The notes beneath the pieces are model-generated. The model did no database searches, was not told where the DNA came from, and worked only from the letters and a program-made list of their open reading frames with translations. A stretch of 64,000 nt of DNA, taken from positions 69,318,001-69,382,000 of the forward strand of contig CM052816.1 of the NCBI GenBank assembly GCA_028534125.1, in the 5' to 3' direction. Below are positions 1-13,190 of the stretch, piece by piece. The first letter of the stretch is position 1. Each line of letters opens with the position of its first letter. Source of the DNA: Lama glama (Eukaryota). Position numbers and translations under genes: made by a program.

Positions 1-961
1 AATCTTCAAGCTAAAAAAAAAAGAAAGAAAAACAAAGGAAAAGAAAACCCTCCTAAGAAACAAAACTGAGTGTGTGTCGTCACTGATTCTGTGCTCATGT
101 CCCCAGCTGATTAGACTCCTTCTCCAGGTTATAAGACATGTTCGACTCCATCTCCACGCCAAGTCTCCACGACACCTGAGTGAAGAGGCTATGCTACTGT
201 AGCATCTAAGGGAACAGAGTGGCACCATTTCTTCCCTAACAGACACTATATCCAAAGATGAGCAGGCGTCTCCCTCCACTGCGCTCACCAGCGTGTATCA
301 GAAGACAAAACTCGCTGGGCAAGCTGATGACAGCTGATCCTCCCAGCCCACCCCCAGCGCCAGTAGGAGGTTCCCGGCAGTTTGTCATTATGTACACTGG
401 CCTTTCACTCTTTCAATCAGAAAAGTTGTGGTTACTTTAAAATAAAAGAAAGAGGGGTGGGGGCGGGGTGCAGAAATGAAAAACCAAGAGTCTAAAGGCA
501 CAAAGTCGCATAGCTGCTCTAGTTGGAGTTTGTAAACAGAGAACAGGTTGAATTTCGGTAATCCCAATCTATGAGAGTAAAAAGGCATCCACAGCAGGCT
601 TTTACCCAGCCAGCTTCTTTGAGACCCTTCATGGGTTTTGAGGTCTACAAAGTATGCACTAAAATACCCATACTTCAAAAAGCAATAAGGCAAATAGTAT
701 AATCATTATTCCAAAAGTTACAATGGTAGTGTAGGCATACATAGTATAATTTAGTTACAATGTGTGGTACTGTTTCTATTATATAACCATATTAACTGTT
801 TCTTTCCTACAGAATTATATATTCAGCCGAGTTTCAGTTGAACACAAAACCATCCTTGTACCACTGCTGATAGTTGGCAATAGCTCTTTGATAGCAGTTT
901 TTATTCTGCTGTAGAAATTATCCTTGAACTGAAAAAAAGTCCACAATCCAACAACCAGTCA
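1..961 (-). other. SNX18: SNX18 3'UTR (probably continues beyond window start)
   Basis: Downstream of the stop codon, repeat-poor, contains several miRNA seed matches. Confidence 0.75.
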
Positions 962-1215
962 TTAAACACTATCATATTTGTGAAGAGCCTCCTCCAACTT
1001 CTGCGTCACTTTTTGGAAAAATATTATTTGTTGTTGTAAGAAATGCTGCATCTGTGATTTAAAGTCTCTTACTCGAATTTGATGGAAATGGTGAATTTCA
1101 GCCAAAGTGGCAAAAGAAATAGTGTTACAGCGATCTTGAATGCCATCAGCCTTTTGGACCTCCATCTTCCCTTCTTCCACGTGTCGCCTACTCTCCTTTA
1201 CTTTGGTAAGAGCTC
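962..1215 (-). CDS. SNX18: Sorting nexin-18, coding exon 2 (end of BAR domain)
   Basis: T-rich tract then TACAG| acceptor (AG at 1217-1216). Splices in frame to give ...HVQKG-ALTKVKESRRHVEEGKMEVQ...LHKYDSV*. 1633+254=1887 nt, i.e. 628 aa plus TAA. Confidence 0.96.
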
Positions 1216-4200
1216 CTGTAGTTTAAAAAAAATAATAATTAAAAAATATACGTATCCCAGTGGTATAGCTATGTAGTAAGCAGAATCTTGGGCATTATAA
1301 ATATTTGCCTAAACTATTTTAAAGTCCTCTGGAATTTAAAGGGATGACTGTAATTACGTATTTAAAAAGAAGAAATCTGGCAAAGTTTCTGAAAAACACC
1401 TCCATTACTGCAATTTCACCTATTAAAACTAGGTTTTGCCACTGACCAAAGAGCGACAGTATGTTTCATCTCTTCCAAGTAAAGTTACTATATATAAAAG
1501 ATAATAAGGAACTGTCCTTAAAAAGACAAACCAAGAAACTCTGCATTTTTAACATTCTTAAGAAAAAGGATGTGACACCATTACATGCACGCATATTAAG
1601 AGAATTATCTATAAAAATAATAACCCACAGAGGATACAAACCCACTTCCTGGGAAAGTCTCACTAAAGAATTACTGTCTAAGACTCCAGAACTAGACACT
1701 AAAACATGTTAGCACCAACTCAGTTTGTGTTTTCATGCTGTGTCATGGAGGGGGCTTGGCGATGCTGCCAATCTACAGCTGGAGGCCGCCCTCACTGTGG
1801 TGGCCCAAGCTTGTGTCTCGCTGGCAGTGAAGAGGGGATACTGTGCACATGCCTGATTCTGACTCCACATTCTGTCAGGAGACCCATACCTGGAGCACGA
1901 GGGCCCTTTGAAGTAAGAATTTGCCTCCTTTTCGTTAGCAGCTGTAAAGACCTGAGTTTTGGGTCTGCTTTATGATGGCCAGGGAATGATGCCAGAGGTA
2001 CCAGAGTCTCTAGTCAAGAAATGTCACCAGAGGGTGTGTGCAAGGGGGAGGGAAGGGGATGGCCACTCTGGCAGGTGCCACAGGAGGGCAGACCCTCCAC
2101 CAGAAGCATAGCCACGTGAAGACACAAAAGGCTGAGGATGTTTGGGGGAAGGAAAAATAAAGACCATACATGGGTTCTCAAAAATGAATGATGATAAAGC
2201 TCTTATTATCACTTGAGCACAGCCAGCTCAAGGATTCCGATTTCCTGATTCCACACTGCACCCATTCTACTAAACCATGATGAAAGACAAGAGAGAGAAC
2301 ACATCTAGAACCCCTGGCTTGGCTGTCTGAGGACATGGTGACGGGAAAGGCAGCCTGTTTAGAAGGCAGTGGGGACGCTGAGCAGCTTTGTTCTGGAAAT
2401 GTGCACTTTTAGCCAGTGATGAAATGTACAAGGGGAGAAACCCTATTTCTAAATTTCTTCAAATTTACAAAATAATACAGGGTAAACTTAGTATTAAATA
2501 AAATGCTTAGAGGTTAAACAGTGTGTTTTTGTGGGGGGGGCACAGCTCAAAGACCTGAGAAATTAAAACCTACCAGTAACAAATGTTAAAGATACACACT
2601 TACATACGTGTCTGTATTTTCATTTCTTTATTCTAAAAGAGATCTTTACGTGACAAGCAGGAGAGCCCTGGAGCAGAGAGCACCCTGCTTCCCTGTGGCT
2701 CCACAGCAGCGATGTGGGGTCTGCTCCAGAGAAAGCTGTTCGTGCTAACACAGCTACAGAAGACCCCTGTTTCACACCCTGAAGGAGTGCGGCCCTCTTA
2801 CCACTTCCCCCAGAGCGCACAAGACACGGAAGCACTGAAACTTGCCTGCTTGTGGTCTACATTAAACAGAGAAAGAGCGCTCCCCCTCAGCAAGAGGTAA
2901 CAGTAATTTCTTGTAGCAAATTTATGTTCATTACATCTGTACAACTATCGCTCACAATTTACGTACAAACACTGAAATTGAAGAGACCAGGAAAGCATAT
3001 GAGACAGAAAAAAAAAACCATACAGAGGACTGAGAACATAAAGTTATGAAATATGTATTTTAAATGGCTGACAGAGAACAGGAAGTCAAGAGAGCAAAGT
3101 CCCCGTGATGCCAAGGCCCGCTGTGGGAGCGCCCAGGGCAGGCCCGCGGCGCCCGGCCCGCTCAGCCCCTCCGCGCATCCGTGGCCTGGTTGAGGGCCTG
3201 CTGCCAGTAGTGCTTGTTTGAGTTGCTGGAGTCCAGCGAAGAGGAGCTTGGAAACCTCACCCCGAGCTCCACCAATGTCAATGAACTTGCAGCTTGTAAG
3301 ACCCCAGATGAGGTCATTGTATTCTTAGAAATGACATTCTGTTACATAGAACTGCAGATGTGCACCTATAAAAACCAACTTAAAGATGAGTAAGTCTGAA
3401 GGTTTCACACCTTCTATCACAACAGCCTACATCTCTCTGGGGCCTAAAGACTCTTTGGCATTTGACACCTGTGAGCTTTCTGAGTGTATAGACTGAAGGA
3501 GTGGAGAATTTAAGACTCACTTTTCTCCCAACTATGAGTTTATTTTACTAAGTAACATAGAGCCCCAACAATTGGACTCTGGGGCAAGAATCTCAGTTTC
3601 ACAACGTTTATGGAGGGCCTGACGTATGGGGCACAGAGCTGGAACAGGGGGATTCACACGCTGAAGTGGTCAAGTCCCCGCCCGAGCTCTCAAGGAAGCC
3701 ACCTCACAAAGCATACTGAGGACCAGCACACAGCCAGGTCACGTGGAACAGGACCACAGCACGGAATTCTGCACGGGAGTGGAATATGCTTTCTCCAAGA
3801 GGATGTGACTGTGTCACAAGGGAAAATGCTCTGGGGGCCTGCTACGTGCCAGGCACTGTGCTGAGGATGGGGGGTGGGGATAGGGCTAGATAAACAGTAA
3901 ATAGTAGCTGCCCAAAATAGTCACAATATACTCGAGGCACTTTCCACGTACCAACTCAAACCCAACTGCAACTTTGCAGCTGACATTACTGCCATTTTAC
4001 AATAAGGAAACTGAGAAAGCCACCCAACCTCTGTGAGCCTCAAAGTCAGTAGGTAACCCAGTAAGAGGTGGAGATGGGATCTGAGTGCGCAACCAACTTC
4101 AAAGCAAACGCTCCAACTCCAAATATTCAGAAAAGAAACTGGAGCCTGAATGGGCAAAAAAAGGAAGGTGGACTCCAGTGAGCAGCATTCTGGGGATAAA

Positions 4201-7200
4201 GGTGGGCACTGAGGATCAGCTATTCCCTCTCCTCCCCTTGACCCCGGGCCTCCCCACCCCTGCACCAGTGCTGGGCTCCTGCACTGCCCGCCTCCCTCCT
4301 CACCTTCCTTCCAGGGCCCCTGACTTTTATTTTGACATGAAATTCAGAAGCCTTGTGAGTATGTAAAAGAAACTATACAGGTTTTGAAAATTTCCCCCTG
4401 GAATCTTACTAACCTCATTCAAATCACTAATTATGCCCGCAAAGGCTTTTAATATTTATAAGATGTCTGATTTTCTTATCTTTGTTATCAACGTAATTAG
4501 GGAGCCACAAGACAAAACACTGAAAAGGCAGCACATATTTCAGTATTTTGAAAATCTAAGCTCAAACTTACATAGGGGGAGGGGGCCCTTTCTATCCCTC
4601 TCCACCCACCTCCCTCTCCCTCTCTCTTAGATCCTCCTGGAAAATTAAATAAATTAAGAACTGCCCCCAAATTAGTAGCACACAATCTCTTTAGGAATAC
4701 AAGGATGGGCTTTGTCTCTGTTTACTCTGGTGCAGATGGACATCTCAGAAAACACATTTTTTGTTTTTACAAACTAGGAAGGACAGAACAAACCACTGAG
4801 GAAAGTAAGCACCCAGAGGTCAATTTCACTTGGAATTTTGGTTCAACACACACTTAATGCAATTCAAATCCATGCGCAAAATGCATCAGGATTACAGGAG
4901 CAGGAAGATAGGATGGGGCATAATATATTTTTGAAAAGAGACACAGTTCCTATTTTAGGGACTCAAATTACTTTTTTGAGGTGACAAGATTTACATGCCT
5001 GAAACTATTAAAGAGCTATACAAAACAGCATATGGAGGTATTAAGCAGCATTCTATAAATGTGCAAACTGTGGTAGAAGGGGGTGCTAGGTGTAATCAAG
5101 GAAGACTGTCTCCACAAAACTGCACCCATGAATTTAGAGCCAACTTAACAGCAACCTCTTTTAATTAAAATGTAGCTAAACTGATTTCCTCCCAGATCCA
5201 CCTTCAGAAGAAAGATGATTAACAATAAAACAAGTTGGTAGCGATATACTTTCTGAAAAATCACAAGAGTTCCTGAGCTGAAGAGATAGCAACCGGGTTC
5301 TTTCCTAGGAGTACAGCAGCTGGCTGTTCAAGTTCAGGATGACAACCCTGAAGCCCTGCAGCCCCAAGTTCCCCCAAACGTAAGTTACCTCTTATAAACG
5401 ATCTAAGTCTAAAAAGTGTTATTTCCTTTAAGAAGAAAACTGTTTTGTTTTAAAATATTCCTCTTACAACCTTCTGGTTAGTCTGTGCTATACATTTTAA
5501 CAAACCGTAAGGGTTTAGTGTGTTTTCCTTCTTATGAGAAAGATAAAGTCAGGTCATTCAGTAAGCTAATAACAGGAGTTAATTAACCGGTTTATTGTCT
5601 GGGAGTAAACAGAAAAAAAAAAAGTGGCATCCTTTAAACAGCTCAAGCTATCTATCTAATAAACAAACAGCAAAGGTGTTTAAACACCTGGGGAGTGACA
5701 AACAACTACTTTCCCTAAAGCTTCCTTCTACTGCACCTCTACCCACTGTACTAAGCTCTAGGTTCTCTCAAGACCAAAGTGGGAACATACTTTCCCAATA
5801 GAAATGATGTTACAGACATTGCTTAGATGTAAGTAAAATAGTTTTACTACTAGAACTAGAATTTGGGTTTTATCACAAATCGCTGAGTTCTCACAATTGA
5901 TCTGCCAAGTCTCAAACTGGGAAAAATCTGTATGTATTTCTACCCTTCACAATTTTTCATATTTAAAATGTTAAATATCATAAGAAAGGCAGAGATAACC
6001 ACATGTTCAATCAGGCTGAGCCTCTAAGGAGTGAGAGTTAGAGAAAGAGAACTACTAGGGGCAGAGTCAGATCACTACAGGCTTGCTACTTCTAGGATAG
6101 CTTTAAAAATTAATTTGTAGCTTAAGAAGCAACTGGAGAGGTACAATGTAACCAGCTGCAGAGCCGTAACAAAACATCACAGCATCTTTTAAATGTTCCC
6201 TTAGCTGTACTGTGCTTTTTAACAAACCCAGGAGGAGTGTAAATAAAAGCTAAAAAACATTGTCCCATATCTAAAGAACAAATCGAACACACATTTTTGT
6301 CATGCAACCAATACAAAAATAGGCAAAGGTTTTCAAAATCTGTACTTTTTAAGTACTTTAATTAAAAATCTACCCCCCTGCCAGTTCCCTCCTCTCATAA
6401 ACATCACATTACTGTTTCTTTCAAAACAGAAAAGGAAAATCAAAGAATAAGAGAAAGAAATTATGCAATAAAGCCCAAGGTGAAAAGTGATTGCTACTGG
6501 ATTAAACAAAAGTCCCTGTAATACTCATGGATAGGGCAATAGTTTTAAAATGAAAGAAAATTAAAAATAGGAGGAATCAGAGAGAAACACATTTAAAATG
6601 GGAATATAAGCACATAACCATGGAATTTTTCTCAGGCTAACAGACAGACATATGGACTAACATACGGGCCGAGTAGGATTTTATTATGAAAAGAAAATGT
6701 AGACAAGTATTAAATTCTGACATTAAATAAGAAGGGGCTGACAATACAGAGTAATAAGTATATTCTTCATTTTAAAAAATAACCAATAACAAGACAAAAT
6801 AACAAGAAGGTACCATGAAATGGTGCAGTCTCCCCACGTTATACAGCTGAAAGTAAATTCTTAAAGTGTATCTGAAGTACAGGAAAAAGTATTGATGAAA
6901 GTGGGGCAATATATTTCCACTACATCCATGACTGTGCTCCCAAGTGGGCAAAAGTAACCCAGCTACCCTCCAGGATACAGGGCTGAGTCGGATTTCTGTG
7001 GGGGAGGCAGAAAGGAACACAGAGGCACCCCCTCCTAAAAAGGCTTACAGGCTAGGAAGGAACTGTCAGCAGAGCACTCAATCTAATTATTTAATTAGTT
7101 GGGCAAATTATTAGAATTTCTCCACAGGATAGGAAGTTCACCCAGGAACTGATCACCCTAAACCTTTATTCCAAAGGGCAGAGGAGGAACCCCAAAGACT

Positions 7201-10200
7201 TCCTTCTCATTCATCACTCCATCCTGACAAGGTACCCACTGGGGAAGCTGGGTGCTGATTCCAAGGTGAGAAGGGCAGAGGTGGGTCCCAGATTTTTTTT
7301 TTTTTAACGTGCTATAAGGGCCTTAGAAAAAATTTTGGTCTAGTTCTCTGAATCTCTCTAGCAAGAGGCTAAATGACTGGTCCAATGTCCCACAGCTAAT
7401 CCCTGGCAAAGAACTCGCCCTTCCCACCTGCCTGCCAGCTCTGTCAATTTCCATCCACATTCCCTGCAGGGCCTCTGCTCCACTCGGTTAAAAAGGGTTC
7501 TTCTCTTTCCACGTCTGGAGAGGTAAAAGGAGAACTAAGCCAGTGTTTCAACTCTGCTTTAGGACCTGTTTTTAACAAAGTCTCCTGGACTCCTCTGGCA
7601 TTTTTAGCTGACTGTACATGCAGAATTCCTAACAGGTTCGTTTTTATCGTTACTGCAATTGCCCAGGCCCAAAGAGAGACACTTTGCCCCCTTCCCCGTC
7701 ATTAAACCCAGAAGAACTCATATCCCAATTTCACTCCTACCCCCTCCAACCATTTACTTGGTATCTTATCCAAGTGAGCCACCTTGCAGAGTTTTAAAAG
7801 ACTGCTCAGGCTGGAAGGAGCATCCAAGTTCACAATCCACATGCACTCAATTTTAGAGGAATGATATCATGCATGTTTGGGACAAACACAAAATAATTAA
7901 ACATAAAGAATTCAATCACATGACAAGGTTCATTAAGGTTATAACTTTAAATGGCTCAAACTCAAACAAACTCATTTTATAGATGAATTACAATCCAGGA
8001 AGTCAGCGTTCTTTTTGAAAGCGTCACATTACTTACACAGCTTGCCATCAATAAAACTGTTCAGGAAGAATTTCAGTGCCATTTTGGTTTTTCTAAAATG
8101 ACAGCAGTGACACTCTGGTGTCATGGAGTCAATCAGCACACATTAAAAACCCTCTGAACTAAACTATAGCACACCAGCAAATGCAGTCACATTACCCTAA
8201 ACTCTTCTATATCATTTCCTTCTGATTTACAGAGAGAAATCACTTTCTTGGCAACTTCTGACCCAACAAAATGAGGCAGGGGACAAAACAAACAAATAAA
8301 CACACAAACCACTCCCCCAACCCCCATGGAAGTGCCTCAGGCATTTTCACCAGGCAGGGCCCTAAATGCAGCTGAAGAAGTTGTCTGGCCTCCTTTCAGG
8401 TTCCCTGGTTAAGCCCCTCTCTCCCACCTCCTCAGGGCCCCTGCACTTGTTGGCTGCTCCGAGGCTCCCAACCCACCAGTTTCTGCACCCGAACTTTGCC
8501 TTCCTTTCCTCAACCAAATCTCTTCTCAGTAGGCTCTCTCTGTCCCTCCTCAGACCCAGTTATACAAAAGGCCCAGTCACTAAGCAACAGGGATCCAAAG
8601 GCTACATTTTCTCCCTTAAAAAAAAAAAAAGCAAGCACTTTATTTAATTTTGAAATCATAAATGTGCCAAAAACATTAACTGGATTTTCTGTCTTCCCAG
8701 GGCCCTGCCCCAGAAAACCAAAGCTCTGGTGTGAGGGACAGACAGGAGACAGGCTGAATGGCACAGAGACAGCTGCACAGAAGTTGCCCAAGACTCTACT
8801 AGACCTGTTTTTCTTCATTCCCTTGTACATGTAAAATGTTGAAAGAAAATGCTAATTTGGTCAACGTGGCCTATTTCACGCTCATCCTCTCATCACTGGT
8901 ACCCACACCCTCTGGGTCCCTGCTACCACCCCACTAACTCCTTCCCCTCCCCTTTCTTTCCTCCCTTTGGTCTCCACCCACTCATTTGTTGATTCCCCCC
9001 TCCCCTCTCTGCTCCAACATTTACTTTTTGATTTTTTTTAAATAAAACATCTCAAAAACTACAGGTCAACATCCATGTAACAGAGAGAGGTAGGATGGCC
9101 ATCCATCCAGGCAAAACAGTCCCAGGTGAGCACCTGCTCTATGCAAAGCTGTGGTCTACACCCTGCATGCCTCGTTTTCTTCTCTTTAACCTCCAAAGAA
9201 AAGCAATTCATTTCCAGAGGTGGACAGGAGGCTTAGGCAAGGTTCATAGCTTTATTAAAGGTGTCAGCTGCACATGAACCTGGGTCCACCCAACTTCCCA
9301 GCCCACGCAGTTCCCTGTACCTGCCTGACTGGGGCTGCCTCAACCCTGAGATCTCCAAGCCCCATGTACCAGCCCCAGGACACAGTGCACCACGCCAAGC
9401 CCTCCAGAAGCCTCATCTCAGGGATAAGCCACACATGAACCACCTCTCAGCCCTCAAAATTCTATTCTGGCATCTAGTCATACTAAGTGGGCTCCAGATT
9501 TGGACTGCATTAATCAACTCTGGATGGCACAAACAGTACTACTGAACTCAAGTTCAGTGAAAGCAACTTTCTGAAGGGACTAAATGTCCCTAAAGCCAAG
9601 AACTATCAAAATTCAAAGATATAATTAATTTAAAATTCATTTTCAATTCACAAAGAGATCTTTTGAGTCATTTTCAAAGGAGGGAAAAAGTCAGAACAAG
9701 GATAGTAAATTGCAAAAAAAAAAACCCTAAACCACCCAATAACAACAAAAAACCTGGTTGCTTCATAATGAAAAAGTTAATCACTTAAAGAATTCAGGCT
9801 TTGAAGCTTGGTTTGGTCCTGAAGGTAGCATAAGAAGTAGTTTGTTCTAGGTAAAAAGCCTTATTATATTCTAATTAAGCAACCCTTATAGCTCCTTTTG
9901 GCAATCACCAAAAGTATAAGGGCAGAATGACATTTAGTATGAATGAAAGCATTCACTTGAGTTTACAACATCTTAATACACTTGATTACTGTTACTCACT
10001 ATGTACATACATTCATATAGTCACTTTGTTGCAAAAATAAAGAAAGAAACCACATGACTATATCTCTTGTGGTTTATTTGGTAAAACAAGCTGTTCATTG
10101 CCAGGAAATTTTATATATAATAAAGGTTCTTGTGTTTCAGCTTGTACGTAATATTAAATACATGATAAAGATACTAAAGTAATAGATTCAAGAGAATTCT

Positions 10201-10980
10201 GTAAACTTTGTGTGTTTTTATTTCAGAAGAGTCTGGATATGATGGTGAAAATGTTAATTTGTCTATGGCCAAGCAAATATAAAGACTTTAAATTTGAGGA
10301 TAGGAAAAGAAAAGCATGTTATCATTTTTTTCCTTAAAGATTTTATACCCACAGAATCGTAATAAAATAAGGTAGAAAAACTATCCTTAATAATCATGAA
10401 CACAATAAAACCTGAAAAAACAACTGATGTTGTAAAATAGAGTCCATGTAATGGTTTAAATTCAGAGAATACTGTTGGCAGCTGAGGTCTACAGTTCACA
10501 GTTCCTAACTTCCTATTTCTTTTGTTTCCACATGTGCATGAATATCAGTCTGTACAAATAAAGCGGCATGAGATATGTCTGCAAGCTGCCAGCACTCTGG
10601 ATTTCAATGACCTTTGACATACAACAAAACATATTTGGACCTAAGAGAAACGTGAACTCTGGAAAATACCTTTAACCAAAGGTAAAATCTTAGTTTCTTT
10701 TTTCCTTTTCCCTGGGAAGATAAAGGGAGGCCCAAGCTAAGATAAATCTCACAGGCCCCTCTACGCGGGTCAGGGAGAGAGTGAGGTAGTCCTTCAGAAG
10801 AGAAACCAAGGAGACGTGAGCTACATGCCCAAAAATCAGGATTCCTGATTACCACAAACGCTTCTGAAAGTTGAAGTTAGTACTACAGTTGGAAGAATAT
10901 TTTCAAATAATCTATTTCCTGCTTTCAAGTATTATTCCTAAGTGATGTCTAGTTTTTAACTTCAGAATTGTAATGATAAA

Positions 10981-11108
10981 GGGGGAGGGTAGAGCTCAGT
11001 GGCAGAGCGTGTGCTTAGCATGCATGAGGTCCTGGGGTCAGTCCCCAGTATCTCCATTAAATAAATAAACCTAATTAATGCCCCCCTCCCCAAGTTACTT
11101 TTAAAAAA
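10981..11108 (+). mobile_element. tRNA-Ala-derived SINE, Vic-1-like (camelid)
   Basis: GGGGAGGGTAGAGCTCAGTGG (A box), CTTAGCAT anticodon loop (AGC), degenerate B box, AATAAATAAACCTAATT tail. Imperfect TSD cagaattgtaatgata / cagaatataatggta. Confidence 0.85.
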
Positions 11109-12298
11109 CAGAATATAATGGTACACCCTGGTGTCACAAACTGCTGCCTGGGCTATGGTGGCATCACGTGGTGAGCAGCAAGGCACTCATCACTCTCCTC
11201 AGTGCTGGTGGCTGTGACCTTTACAACCAGCACTTTGCGTCACTTTATGATCACTAAGCTTTGGGGACAATTCCTAAATCAGCTGTTTCAAACTTAAGAA
11301 CACTCTTGACCCTGGGGTTTTCCTGCTTCCTCACACTGGCAGAGACCAGGTTTCCACTGGCTATGAGTCTTCGCTTTGGCCACATCTGACTTCCCGAACT
11401 AGTCATAAATAACCAACTAAAGACACAATAGAGCACCTAGAAATATATTATTTTAAAATACACATGAAGTACAACTCATAAAACACGTTGATATTTATTA
11501 GTATTTAAAGATGTCTTATCACACGCAATAGGTGGCTTTTGTGAAAATCATAAATGTCAATATAACTAAATATAATAAAAGGCTCAGAAAATAGGAGTTC
11601 TAAGACTCCCTTTGGCCCCATTCCTTCTCTTTCCCTCTAATCCTCCTTGTCTTAACCTGCCTATTTCAATTCCTGGCATCAATACTTTCTGTCATCCAAT
11701 CTTAAAGCTTCAAAGGGAACTCTAGATGCCTTGGGAAAGCCACCCCTCACCCAGTCTACCCCTCTGCCTGCCAAGTGTCTCCAGTTCACCTGCTCTTCCC
11801 AAAGCCACCCTCGAGCCCAGTCTCCTCTGACAGCCTCTGCACATCTGCACTCAGCCAACAAGAGCAGCTTCCTGGGGTGAGGGACACCTCTAAGAGCTCA
11901 CAGTTAGGTTTCTGGGGCTCACCTCCTACCTGCAAAGGGAGGATCATGAGAATTTACCTCAAAATCTCCCAAGAGATTTAAGTGGATATAATGCATAGAA
12001 AACATGAAGCACTGTGTCTGGAACACAGAAAGTCCTCAAAGTATGTCCGCTACTCTCATGATTCAGACGTCACTCTTCAGTTTCAAACCTTTAACAGCTG
12101 TTGACTGACTGTAGAATAAAACTCAATTTTCTAGCAGCACACATACTACTTATTGTAGCAGAAAGAGTACTGGTCTCAGGTCAAGGCAAAAAAAATGAAC
12201 TCAATTCCTGGGTCTCCTTATTAGCTGTGTGAGCGTGGAAATCACTTTATTTCAGGAAGCTTCAGTGTTCACAGGTACCCAGTGGGGGAGTTAATAGC

Positions 12299-12740
12299 TA
12301 TCGTGGGTTGAACAGTATGCCCACCCGTCTCCAAATTCACATGCACTTGGAACTTATGACTTTCTTTGGAAACAGGGCCTTTGCACATGTAAGTAGTTTA
12401 GGTGAGTCACACTGGATTAGGATGGGCCCTAAGTCCAACGTAATTAGTATACTTAAAAGGAGACAAAGAGACAGACATACAGGGCAAACACCAGATGAAG
12501 ATGGAGCAAAGACTGGTGTGATGCGTCTACAGCCCAAAAACAGCAAGGACTGCTGGCCACCATCAGAGGCTGCAAGCGGCGTGGAAGGATCCTCCCCTAG
12601 ACTCTTTGGAGGGGGCGTGGCCTTGCAGACATGTCCTTCATTTTGGACTTCTAGACTCCAAAACGGTGAGAGAATTTCTACTTCTTTTATGCCACCTAGT
12701 TTGTGGTAATTTGTTACAGCAGTCCTAGGAAACTAATAGG
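12299..12740 (+). mobile_element. MaLR solo LTR (MLT1-like)
   Basis: Typical motifs tttggaaacagggcctttgca and tttgtggtaatttgttacagcagtcctaggaaactaata. 5-bp TSD ATAGC at 12294-12298 and 12741-12745. Confidence 0.85.
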
Positions 12741-13022
12741 ATAGCTAATAATGAATGCTTAAAGACATCTGCTTAACTTAAAATGGTTAGGCCATGTTAC
12801 GCTCAAGGAAACCGAGGCTGGGAGAAACTGCTGGTGGGAACTCAGCCCCGTGTGGCTGTAGTCCAGGCTCACAGCCCTGTGCTGTCACACCCGCTCCTGA
12901 GTGGGGATGGACTCAACGGACTGACTGCCCAGAATATTGCTGCTCACGCAGTCAGCACTCCCAGACGGCAGGCGGCAACAGCTGCACACGCGCCAGCTCC
13001 CTAACCTGCCTGACCTCCAAGT

Positions 13023-13190
13023 CAAAGGTCAGCAAACACTTTCTTTTAGAGTCAGATAGTAAATATTTAATGCTTTGCAGGTGGAGGCAAAATCAAGGCT
13101 TATATAACCATTAAAAACGGAATTCTTTGCCATAAAGAAGCAGATGCCTGGGTAGGTCTGGCCCGCAGCCTGTAGTTGACAGACTCTGGC
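13023..13190. mobile_element. hAT-Charlie MITE (MER58-like)
   Basis: Ends ggtcagcaaac... and ...ggcccgcagcctgtagttgacagactctg, with internal cagatagtaaatattt. Confidence 0.7.

Noticed and set aside
453..468. G-quadruplex candidate GGGGTGGGGGCGGGG
   Set aside because: Only three clear G-tracts, and on the strand opposite the mRNA.
10981..11055. Functional tRNA-Ala gene
   Set aside because: Degenerate B box, SINE tail and TSDs indicate a retroposed SINE.
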